Assembly: GCA_031285245.1 (NCBI GenBank)
Contig: JAITWN010000008.1
Span: 1 to 32,987, forward strand
DNA length: 32,987 nt
Direction of reading: 5' to 3'
DNA from: Chromatiales bacterium
GTDB taxonomy: Bacteria > Pseudomonadota > Gammaproteobacteria > SZUA-140
Part shown: piece after piece, positions 10,507 to 18,307 of the stretch
Layout of the letters: every line of letters begins with the position of its first letter
Position numbering within the stretch: position 1 is the first letter of the stretch
Notes under the pieces: model-generated
Databases searched by the model: none
What the model saw: only the letters and a program-made list of their open reading frames with translations
Told to the model about the DNA's origin: nothing
Position numbers and translations under genes: made by a program

Positions 10507-11079
10507 ATGGTCAAGCGTGTGATTCTGCCGTTCGTGTTGGCCTTCATCATTTTTGGCGTGGCGGCAGCTGTTATTAGGTATCAGCGTGAGGGCGGCAGCG
10601 ATACTTCCCCGGCGGCTTCCCAGGAGGTGAGCGCGGGGCCAGCAGGACTCATTGGCTCGACGCGCCCGGATTTCAGCCTGCCTGATCTTGCCGGTAATCA
10701 GCGCCAGGTCGAAGAATGGGACGGTAAGGTGCTCATGGTGAATTTCTGGGCGAGCTGGTGTATTCCCTGCCGCCATGAGATCCCTGGCTTCGTGGGGCTG
10801 CAGGAAAAGTATGAGTCCACTGGTCTGCGAATCATCGGAATAGCGCTCGATGAGCAGACGGCGGTGGATCGTTTTCTGACCGGGCTCAATGTCGAGATCA
10901 ACTATCCCCAATTGATCAGCCCAGATTCCGTGGGTATCGCGCTCGCTCGGGCTTACGGTGATACCATGGGAGCGCTTCCTTACACCGTGCTGGTCGGCCG
11001 TGATGGCCGTATCGAGTTCGTTCAATTCGGTGAACTCAGCGCTGAACAGGCTGAGCGTCGTATCCAGCCTCTTTTATAG
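10507..11079 (+). CDS. membrane-anchored TlpA/ResA-family thiol:disulfide oxidoreductase
   Basis: 190 aa with one N-terminal TM helix and the thioredoxin fold motif 'VLMVNFWASWCIPCRHEIP'. Its ATG immediately follows the TGA of the upstream gene (TGAATG). Confidence 0.8.
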   Translation: MVKRVILPFVLAFIIFGVAAAVIRYQREGGSDTSPAASQEVSAGPAGLIGSTRPDFSLPDLAGNQRQVEEWDGKVLMVNFWASWCIPCRHEIPGFVGLQEKYESTGLRIIGIALDEQTAVDRFLTGLNVEINYPQLISPDSVGIALARAYGDTMGALPYTVLVGRDGRIEFVQFGELSAEQAERRIQPLL

Positions 11080-11232
11080 GCTTTCTCGCCGCATGCCGAG
11101 CGGCAGTTCTGCTGATAAGCGATCAGGTTTGGGGCTGAATTGCCCCGAACGTGCCGGTATTTCGCCGTTTGTAGACATCTGCCAGGAGACTGTGCACAAT
11201 ACCGCGCATCAATAGGGATATGCTGGCGCGGC

Positions 11233-11682
11233 ATGAGCAGGATACTGGTACTCAACGGACCTAACCTCAATCTCCTTGGGGTGCGCGAGCCAGCGGTTTA
11301 TGGCAGCACGACGCTTGCGGCCATCGAAGCGCGTTTGCGCGATCTGGCGGAAGTCGCTGGCCACGAAGTCGTCTTTTATCAGAGTAATGCCGAGCACGAG
11401 CTGGTTGGTCGTGTGCAGCAATCGATGAAGGACGGCGTCGCGTTCATTCTGATCAATCCAGCAGCATTCACCCACACCAGTGTTGCCCTGCGTGATGCGC
11501 TGAGCGCAGTTGCTATCCCCTTCATCGAGATACATATTTCCAACGTTCATGCGCGTGAGGCGTTTCGCGGGCATTCATATTTTTCGGATATTGCCCAGGG
11601 CGTGATTTGCGGATTAGGCCCCATCGGCTATGAGCTCGCTTTACAGGCGGCTCTGCGCAGGCTGGCGGAACGGGCCGGGTAG
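11233..11682 (+). CDS. aroQ: type II 3-dehydroquinate dehydratase
   Basis: From ATG 11233: '[24 protein letters not shown]...[16 protein letters not shown]...[14 protein letters not shown]'. Confidence 0.93.
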   Translation: MSRILVLNGPNLNLLGVREPAVYGSTTLAAIEARLRDLAEVAGHEVVFYQSNAEHELVGRVQQSMKDGVAFILINPAAFTHTSVALRDALSAVAIPFIEIHISNVHAREAFRGHSYFSDIAQGVICGLGPIGYELALQAALRRLAERAG

Positions 11683-11748
11683 CGGGAAACGTCGGGTCGG
11701 TTGCCGGCCCAAATATCAAAAGCGAATTTAAACCAGGCGTTTATCGAT

Positions 11749-12210
11749 ATGGACATACGCAAGATAAAAAAGCTGATCGAATTGCTGGAAGAGTCCGATC
11801 TTGCCGAGATCGAGGTGCAGGAAGGCGAGGGATCCGTGCGTATCAGTCGGCATGGCAAGTTCGCGCCGATGATGGCGTCTCAGATGATGGCTGCCCCGAT
11901 GCCCATGCCATCGCCGGTGGCTGCCACACCAGCGGCGTCAGCACCTGCCGAGAGCAGTGCTGCGGCATTGCCGCGCGGTCATGTCATTACTTCGCCGATC
12001 GTTGGCAGCTTCTATCGTGCGCCGGCGCCGGGAGCGCCGCCGTTTGTCGAAATCGGCCAGCGCGTTAACGTTGGCGACACGCTGTGCGTCATCGAAGCCA
12101 TGAAGATGATGAATCAGATCGAGTCTGATAAAGATGGTGTAGTGTCGGCGATCCTGGTCGAAAATGGCCAGCCGGTCGAGTACGGTCAGCCGCTTTTCGC
12201 CATCGAATAG
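11749..12210 (+). CDS. accB: acetyl-CoA carboxylase biotin carboxyl carrier protein
   Basis: From ATG 11749: '[23 protein letters not shown]', an Ala/Pro-rich linker, and the biotinylation motif '[13 protein letters not shown]'. Confidence 0.93.
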   Translation: MDIRKIKKLIELLEESDLAEIEVQEGEGSVRISRHGKFAPMMASQMMAAPMPMPSPVAATPAASAPAESSAAALPRGHVITSPIVGSFYRAPAPGAPPFVEIGQRVNVGDTLCVIEAMKMMNQIESDKDGVVSAILVENGQPVEYGQPLFAIE

Positions 12211-12216
12211 ACGAAC

Positions 12217-13557
12217 ATGTTCGAAAAAATCGTTATCGCTAATCGCGGCGAGATCGGCCTGCGGATTCTGCGCGCTTGTAATGAGCTCGGTATCAAGACG
12301 GTTGCTGTGCATTCCTCGGCAGACCGTGATCTGATCCACGTGCGTCTTGCCGACGAGTCGGTGTGCATCGGCCCGGCGCCTTCGGCTGAAAGTTATCTGA
12401 ATATTCCGGCATTGATCAGCGCTGCTGAAGTTACCGACGCGGTCGCCATTCATCCTGGCTACGGCTTTCTGTCGGAAAATGCGGATTTTGCTGATCGTGT
12501 CGAGAAGAGTGGTTTTGTGTTTATTGGCCCGCGGGCTGAGACCATCCGCCTGATGGGCGACAAGATCGAAGCCATCAAGGCGATGAAGGCGGCGGGCATT
12601 CCGTGTATTCCTGGTTCTGATGGCCCACTGGGCGATGATCCCAAACTGAATCTCGAAATTGCGCGCCGAATCGGCTTTCCTGTGCTGATCAAAGCGGCGG
12701 GCGGTGGTGGTGGTCGCGGCATGCGCGTGGTGCACAGCGATGCGGCGCTCGCCAACGCTATCGGTATGACCCGTAGCGAAGCCGGCGCGGCGTTTGGTAA
12801 CGATACGGTTTATATGGAGAAATATCTCGATAATCCGCGCCACATCGAGATTCAGGTGCTCGCCGATGGAGAAGGGCGCGCGGTTTATCTCGGTGAGCGT
12901 GACTGCTCGATGCAGCGTCGTCACCAGAAGGTGATCGAGGAAGCGCCGGCGCCTGGTATTACGCCGCAGGCGCGTCAGAAGATCGGCGAACTTTGTGTTC
13001 AAGCTTGCGTTGAAACGCGTTATCGCGGCGCGGGTACGTTCGAGTTTCTTTATCAGGACGGCGAGTTCTATTTCATCGAAATGAATACGCGCCTGCAGGT
13101 TGAGCATCCGGTGACGGAGATGATTACCGGTATCGATATCGTCCGAGAGCAGATCCGTATTGCTGCCGGCCTCGGCTTGTCGTTCAAGCAGAGCGACATC
13201 GAGATTCGAGGCCATGCCATCGAGTGTCGCATCAATGCGGAGGATCCGCGCAATTTCACGCCTTCACCTGGCACTATCTCGCAGTATCATGCGCCGGGCG
13301 GACCAGGCATTCGTGTTGATTCACACATTTATGCCGGCTATCGCGTGCCGCCGTACTATGATTCGATGATCGGCAAGCTCATCGCTTATGGCGACGATCG
13401 CGAAACCGCGATGGCGCGCATGCGCATGGCGCTCACTGAGATGATCATCGATGGCATCAAGACCAATATTCCGCTGCATCGTGACATTCTGAACGATGCT
13501 GCTTTCCATGCGGGTGGAACCAACATCCACTACTTGGAGAAAAAGTTATCTCAATGA
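12217..13557 (+). CDS. accC: acetyl-CoA carboxylase biotin carboxylase subunit
   Basis: 446 aa: '[26 protein letters not shown]', '[14 protein letters not shown]', '[16 protein letters not shown]'. Confidence 0.95.
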   Translation: MFEKIVIANRGEIGLRILRACNELGIKTVAVHSSADRDLIHVRLADESVCIGPAPSAESYLNIPALISAAEVTDAVAIHPGYGFLSENADFADRVEKSGFVFIGPRAETIRLMGDKIEAIKAMKAAGIPCIPGSDGPLGDDPKLNLEIARRIGFPVLIKAAGGGGGRGMRVVHSDAALANAIGMTRSEAGAAFGNDTVYMEKYLDNPRHIEIQVLADGEGRAVYLGERDCSMQRRHQKVIEEAPAPGITPQARQKIGELCVQACVETRYRGAGTFEFLYQDGEFYFIEMNTRLQVEHPVTEMITGIDIVREQIRIAAGLGLSFKQSDIEIRGHAIECRINAEDPRNFTPSPGTISQYHAPGGPGIRVDSHIYAGYRVPPYYDSMIGKLIAYGDDRETAMARMRMALTEMIIDGIKTNIPLHRDILNDAAFHAGGTNIHYLEKKLSQ

Positions 13558-13565
13558 AGGATAAA

Positions 13566-13594
13566 TTGACGCAGCCGAGGGTGTGTTTTACATT
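13566..13594 (+). promoter_or_regulatory. candidate sigma-70 promoter upstream of the MMPL exporter
   Basis: TTGACG (13566..13571), a 17-nt spacer, then TACATT (13589..13594). About 190 nt upstream of the CDS. Sequence match only. Confidence 0.3.
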
Positions 13595-13680
13595 GTGAGC
13601 GCTATTGTATAACCATGCGGCGTCCCTCCTCTTATATCAAGCCCGCCGTCATGGCGGCTGTCGTCCTTACTTTTCAGGCT

Positions 13681-13694
13681 GGCAATCGATTGCC
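13681..13694. promoter_or_regulatory. perfect 14-bp palindrome GGCAATCGATTGCC (possible operator) in the MMPL leader
   Basis: Read directly from the sequence, 86-99 nt upstream of the MMPL start. No regulator gene is adjacent. Confidence 0.3.
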
Positions 13695-13779
13695 GATATT
13701 CAGGCACGGATCGCGACCTCTACCTAACTGAGCCTTCGGGGCCGAGGATGCGTACGCTCCATGCCCCGGTGGATCGAGG

Positions 13780-16284
13780 ATGTTTGTCATGTTGAAACAG
13801 CTCTCCCATATTCCCATTCGGTATCCGCGCGCGGTATTACTGGTGGTGCTGGCGCTTACTGTATTGGCTGCGTTGCAGATCAGAAATCTGCACTGGGAGA
13901 CTGACGCCCGCGTTTATTTTCCGCCCGGACATCCCGCCATTGAATTCGATGAGTTGGTCGCTGACAAATTTCACGTCAAAGATTCGATCATCATCGCCAT
14001 CGTCAACGAAAATGGCGTATTCAATCCTGAAACCATGGCGCGCGTCGCGCGCATCACCGAAAAGCTTTCAGGCTTGCCGGGTGCACTCGCCCAGCGCCAG
14101 GCAGACATTGCTTCTCTAGCCTCGGCGACTGTTTTCACCGGCACTGACGATGAGCTAGTCACTCTGCCACTGCTCGAAACGCCGCATCCGACTGAGGCGG
14201 ATGTTGAGCGCTTGAAGAAACTGGTTTACGACAATCCCGATCTTTTCGTCGGTAATCTCGCTTCCTCGGATGGCAAAGCGACGATGATCCGCGTCAAGCT
14301 CAAGGAAGGCATCAATTATCGCTACATGAGCTACTTCCAAGTGCGTGCGATGCTCATGGAAGAATTGAATAGCGACAAACCCAGTACTGCCTGGGGCGGA
14401 GGTGCGGGCGGTGGTGGTGCCTGGAGCGGCGGGCAGCAGCAATGGAGCGGTGGCGAAGGCGGTGGGGAATGGGGTAAGTGGGATCCAGCCGCAGATCTGA
14501 CCACTCAGGTTGCCTCCAATGGTGATCGCTTCTATATGGCCGGCAGGCCGGTGATCGAAGTGACCTCGGGGCAGCATGCGCTCTCTGATCTCAAAATCAT
14601 GATTCCGCTGCTGCTGCTGACCATCTGCGTGGTGCTGTTTGTGCTTTTCCGCACGATGCGTGGTGTGCTTTTGCCTTTGGCCATTGTTGCGATCGCTTGT
14701 ATCTGGAATGCGGGCGCCATGGCCTTTGCTGGTGTGCCGATGTACACCATCTCGACGATGTTGCCAGTGATCATGATCGCCGTTGGTATTGCTGATGCGC
14801 TGCATATTCTCAGTCACTTCCAGGATCTGGTGGTAGAAGACGCGCAGCGTGATCAGCGCAGCCTCGTCACTCAATTGATGAATGAACTCAACCCACCATT
14901 GCTAATCACCACACTGACTACCGTGGCTGGATTCCTGTCGCTGTGGTGGGCGCAGATGCCGCCATTCAGAATGTTCGGTGTGTTTACCGCGCTCGGTTTG
15001 GTGTTCTGCTGGCTGGTATCGATCACGATGGTGCCGGCGGCGCTGATGCTGATGCGTCCACGTGTCGGTGGTTATCTCGCGCGTCGCCGGGCGATGCGCA
15101 TTCATAACGAGAATGGCTTTTTGGCGCGGGTGCTGGTGCGTGGTGCGACCGGCGTAATGAAGCACCGCGGGTTGGTGGCGGTGGTCGTGCTCGGGATAAT
15201 GGCTGTGGTTGGTTATGGTGTGCCGCGTCTCTATGTCGATTCGAGCTGGCTTGGTGATTTCCGTAAAGATTCGGAAGTGGTCATATCGAACAACATGTTG
15301 AATGATAAGTTCGACGGCACGATTTTTCTCAATGTCGTTGTCGATGGAGGTAAGCCAGACGCGCTGAAGTCACCTGTGCTGCTCAATCGAATGCAGGATC
15401 TGATCAAACACGTCGAAGCCATGCCGTATGTCGGCGGTTCAGTATCGCTGATCGATTACCTCAAGACGGTTAACAAGAGTTTGCATGCGGGTGACCCGGC
15501 GTACAGTCTTTTGCCCGAGACGCAAGAGGAGATCGGAGAGTATCTCTTCCTGCTTTCTGTTTCCGGCCGCCCCGAGTTACTCGACGAAGTGGTCAATTAC
15601 AACTACAGCATCGCTAACATCACTTTTGCGATTCGCACCGATCATACGCAGGATTTGCAGGCGATCATCAATGACACGCGTGACTGGGTTTCGCGTGAGA
15701 TGAGCGATCTACCCGTCACGGTCAACTATGCCGGTTCAGCCAATAACTCTTCTGTCTGGGCAGAGCTGCTCATTACTAGCCAGATTCTGGCTATTTTGTT
15801 GTCGAAGATTGGCATTCTGGTGACAGCGGCGTTGCTATATCGCTCACTGGCGGCGGGCATCATTACTGTGATTCCGATTACGGTGACGACGGCGGTCGTT
15901 GCCGGCGCAGCGGGTTGGTTGAATATTCCGATGGATGTGTCGACCGTGCTTGCTGCTACTGTCGCCATCGGTGTCGGTGTCGACTATACCGTGCACTACA
16001 TCTCACGCTATATGCTCGAAAGAGAACGCGGTATTGGTGAGCATGAGTCTGTACTCAGCGCGACGCGCTCTGCGGGTAAGCCGATTGTGTTCAATGCGGT
16101 CGTGGTTGCTGCGGGCTTCCTGGTGCTCGGACTGTCGCAGTTTCCGCCACACGTGAAGCTCGGTTACTTCGTCGCGACTTATATGGTGATCGCGTGTACG
16201 GTAGCGCTAGTGGTATTGCCGCTGGCGTTCGCATACCTGCGTCCGCGCCGCGAGCGGGCGCAAAGTACCGCAGCTTCTTCCTGA
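13780..16284 (+). CDS. MMPL / RND-superfamily exporter (COG1033-like, predicted 12 TM with two large periplasmic loops)
   Basis: 834 aa. Topology by eye is TM1 (VLLVVLALTVLAALQI), a loop of about 260 aa, a 5-TM bundle, TM7, a loop of about 190 aa, then a second 5-TM bundle. This is the pseudo-duplicated MMPL/HpnN-like layout. The start could be ATG 13789 instead. Confidence 0.8.
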   Translation: MFVMLKQLSHIPIRYPRAVLLVVLALTVLAALQIRNLHWETDARVYFPPGHPAIEFDELVADKFHVKDSIIIAIVNENGVFNPETMARVARITEKLSGLPGALAQRQADIASLASATVFTGTDDELVTLPLLETPHPTEADVERLKKLVYDNPDLFVGNLASSDGKATMIRVKLKEGINYRYMSYFQVRAMLMEELNSDKPSTAWGGGAGGGGAWSGGQQQWSGGEGGGEWGKWDPAADLTTQVASNGDRFYMAGRPVIEVTSGQHALSDLKIMIPLLLLTICVVLFVLFRTMRGVLLPLAIVAIACIWNAGAMAFAGVPMYTISTMLPVIMIAVGIADALHILSHFQDLVVEDAQRDQRSLVTQLMNELNPPLLITTLTTVAGFLSLWWAQMPPFRMFGVFTALGLVFCWLVSITMVPAALMLMRPRVGGYLARRRAMRIHNENGFLARVLVRGATGVMKHRGLVAVVVLGIMAVVGYGVPRLYVDSSWLGDFRKDSEVVISNNMLNDKFDGTIFLNVVVDGGKPDALKSPVLLNRMQDLIKHVEAMPYVGGSVSLIDYLKTVNKSLHAGDPAYSLLPETQEEIGEYLFLLSVSGRPELLDEVVNYNYSIANITFAIRTDHTQDLQAIINDTRDWVSREMSDLPVTVNYAGSANNSSVWAELLITSQILAILLSKIGILVTAALLYRSLAAGIITVIPITVTTAVVAGAAGWLNIPMDVSTVLAATVAIGVGVDYTVHYISRYMLERERGIGEHESVLSATRSAGKPIVFNAVVVAAGFLVLGLSQFPPHVKLGYFVATYMVIACTVALVVLPLAFAYLRPRRERAQSTAASS

Positions 16285-16295
16285 AGCTGCGGTAC
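16265..16295. terminator. 13-bp perfect hairpin spanning the stop codons of convergent MMPL and argA genes
   Basis: GTACCGCAGCTTC (16265..16277), loop ttcct, GAAGCTGCGGTAC (16283..16295). The MMPL TGA (16282..16284) lies at the loop/stem junction, and the argA stop (16296..16298) abuts the stem. The U-tracts are weak. Confidence 0.45.
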
Positions 16296-17609
16296 TCAGA
16301 GTTGCTTGATGAGTGCTTTCGAGTTGCGCTGATAGTTGTAGATTTGCTGGCGCTTCACCGGCAGATCGCTGATGCCGGCTTCGATGAAGCCGCGTTCGCG
16401 GAACCAATGCGCGGCATGTGTGGTTAGCACGAAGAGTTGAGAGAGTTCTTTTTTCGCTGCATCGATGGCGATGCGTTTTAGCAGCGCATCGCCATAGCCG
16501 TTATGGCGGTAGTCGGGATGCACTGCCAAGCAGGCGAGTTCACCGATGCGCTCTTCTGCAAATGGATGCAGCGCTGCGCAGGCGATGATCGTGCCATCGC
16601 GTTCAACGACAGTGAACTGCTCAATGTCGATCTCCAAATGTTCGCGCGAGCGCCGCACGAGCGTGCCGTCAGCTTCCAGTGGCGCAATCAGCGTCAGGAT
16701 TCCACCCACATCGTCAATGCGTGCCTGCCGCGTTTCCTGGTAGAGGTCGGTGGTGATCATTGTGCCGATACCGTCACGCGTGAATAGCTCAAGCAGCAAC
16801 GCACCATCGAGTCGTTGATCGACGAGGTGGGCGCGCCTTACACCGCCGCGACAAGCATCGAGCGCGTGACGTACGCCTTCGCGTAGAGCAAGCGCCAGCG
16901 TGGCGTTGTTGGCCAGCAGGGCTTCAGCATCACTGAGCGCAAGCTCTCTCAGCAATTGGCCGTCACCGTTTTCAATACCGCTCGCTTCTACCAGGCAGAT
17001 GTATTTCCTTGCGTCGAGTGCGGCAGCCGCTGCAGCAGCAACTTCCTGTGCGCTGAGATTGAAAACTTCACCGGTAGGTGAATAACCAACGGGTGACAAC
17101 AATACGATGGCGCCGGCGTCGAGCTGTTGCTTGATACCCGGTGCATCGATGCGCCGAACGGTACCGGTGTAGCGGTAATCAATGCCGTCGATGATACCGA
17201 GCGGTTTGGCGGTAACAAAGTTGCCACTGCCGACACGGATGCGTGCACCGGCCATGGGTGTGTTGGCGAGGCCCATCGATAGCAGCGCCGCGATTTCCAT
17301 CGATACCGTGCCGGCGGCTTCCTTGACGCAGGCCAGCGCTTCTTCATCAGTGACGCGCAAACCGCCTAAGTATTGATTCTCGCCGCCGCGTGCATGGAGA
17401 CGTTGCTCGATTTGCGGCCTGCTGCCATGCACCAGTACCAAACGGATGCCGAGACTGTGCAGAAGAGCGATGTCGTGCGCCAATTCGACGAAGCGTTGTT
17501 CAGCGATAATTTCGCCACCGAAAACGATGACGAAGGTTTGGCCGCGGAAGGCGTGGATATAAGGCGCTGAAGCGCGAAACCCAGTGACGAAGTGTTTGCC
17601 GTTTTCCAT
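16296..17609 (-). CDS. argA: amino-acid N-acetyltransferase (N-acetylglutamate synthase)
   Basis: 437 aa. 'FRASAPYIHAFRGQTFVIVFGGE', 'LLHSLGIRLVLVHGSRPQI' and 'GNFVTAKPLGIIDGIDY' are collinear with E. coli ArgA, with a C-terminal GNAT domain. Confidence 0.92.
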   Translation of the reverse strand: MENGKHFVTGFRASAPYIHAFRGQTFVIVFGGEIIAEQRFVELAHDIALLHSLGIRLVLVHGSRPQIEQRLHARGGENQYLGGLRVTDEEALACVKEAAGTVSMEIAALLSMGLANTPMAGARIRVGSGNFVTAKPLGIIDGIDYRYTGTVRRIDAPGIKQQLDAGAIVLLSPVGYSPTGEVFNLSAQEVAAAAAAALDARKYICLVEASGIENGDGQLLRELALSDAEALLANNATLALALREGVRHALDACRGGVRRAHLVDQRLDGALLLELFTRDGIGTMITTDLYQETRQARIDDVGGILTLIAPLEADGTLVRRSREHLEIDIEQFTVVERDGTIIACAALHPFAEERIGELACLAVHPDYRHNGYGDALLKRIAIDAAKKELSQLFVLTTHAAHWFRERGFIEAGISDLPVKRQQIYNYQRNSKALIKQL

Positions 17610-17717
17610 GGGATGTCTATGCCGAAATGATGACTAGTGTTTACTGGAAAAAGCTTTTAGCGTCGAGAGCTATCCTGCGGATAGAGCGCATATTTCTGAC
17701 CGGAGCGGTCAGTTAAA

Positions 17718-17754
17718 TTGTATCTTGTATACATGTACTAATTATATGTATATT
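17718..17754 (+). promoter_or_regulatory. two overlapping sigma-70-like promoters in an AT-rich palindromic block, facing small ORF 1
   Basis: TTGTAT (17718..17723), 17 nt, ATTATA (17741..17746). Also TTGTAT (17725..17730), 17 nt, GTATAT (17748..17753). The block contains the palindromes TGTATACA and TACATGTA. Confidence 0.35.
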
Positions 17755-17832
17755 AATCTCGCGATAGGTGACGGTGCGTATTTTCAGTAGCAGACGGCCA
17801 TCGATTTCAACCAGGCAATAAGGAGATACCCC

Positions 17833-17916
17833 ATGGAAAACACTCTCTCGATCACGGCGAGCTTGTCTTTTTCAATTCTGGCGATTGTCCTATTGTTCAG
17901 CCATATCATGAGCTGA
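17833..17916 (+). CDS. 27-aa hydrophobic (single-TM) peptide
   Basis: My translation: MENTLSITASLSFSILAIVLLFSHIMS*. A strong SD (AAGGAGA, 17820..17826) sits 6 nt upstream of the ATG, and a hairpin terminator lies about 50 nt downstream. Too short for the ORF track. Confidence 0.45.
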   Translation: MENTLSITASLSFSILAIVLLFSHIMS

Positions 17917-17968
17917 AAAAATTCGGCAAAACAATCGCCTGACATCGATCAGCGCTGTACACCATAGG

Positions 17969-18017
17969 ATTTCTAGGCGGACTAGGTCGGTCTGCCTAGA
18001 AATTCCTTACTTTTTTT
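17969..18017 (+). terminator. rho-independent terminator after small ORF 1
   Basis: A 13-bp stem pairs 17969..17981 with 17991..18003 (one G-U pair) around a 9-nt loop. A T7 run follows at 18011..18017. Confidence 0.55.
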
Positions 18018-18133
18018 GTATTCTTTTTCCCTGAGTGTTCTGCTAAGGTACCGATACTGCGCCGCTGAAGGGCTGTAGGCCGCAGTCGGAATCAACTCAA
18101 GTATTTGATGAATGGCAGACAGGAGGAAGGGGA

Positions 18134-18223
18134 ATGATCGAGCATAAAATTACGGCTTTGCTGGGTGTATGCGCCATCGCAACCGCGGTCGGCCTGTTTT
18201 TCTCGCACCTGGGGGCTGGCTAA
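18134..18223 (+). CDS. 29-aa hydrophobic (single-TM) peptide, paralogue of small ORF 1
   Basis: My translation: MIEHKITALLGVCAIATAVGLFFSHLGAG*. A strong SD (AGGAGGAAGGGGA, 18121..18133) and a terminator lie close by. It shares 'ITA' and 'FSH(I/L)' with the first peptide. Confidence 0.45.
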   Translation: MIEHKITALLGVCAIATAVGLFFSHLGAG

Positions 18224-18259
18224 GGGCCGTACTGCGGAAGCGTTCCTTCCGTCAGAAAT

Positions 18260-18296
18260 AAAAAAGGGGAGAACCCATTCGGTTCTCCCCTTTTTT
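18260..18296. terminator. bidirectional rho-independent terminator (small ORF 2 / secreted protein gene)
   Basis: A6, then GGGGAGAACC (18266..18275), loop cattc, GGTTCTCCCC (18281..18290), then T6. Confidence 0.8.
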
Positions 18297-18307
18297 ATGG
18301 TCTGTAT

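Noticed and set aside
13592-13607. ATTGTGAGCGCTATTG resembles the left half of the symmetric lac operator (AATTGTGAGCGCTCACAATT).
   Set aside because: The right half does not mirror it (GCTATTGT versus GCTCACAAT), and no LacI-family gene is nearby. This is probably a chance half-site overlapping the candidate -10 region.
13616-13732. 38-codon ORF (MRRPSSYIKPAVMAAVVLTFQAGNRLPIFRHGSRPLPN) in the MMPL leader.
   Set aside because: It has no SD and no recognisable features, unlike the two small peptides at 17.8-18.2 kb. I treat it as noise, although a leader peptide cannot be excluded.
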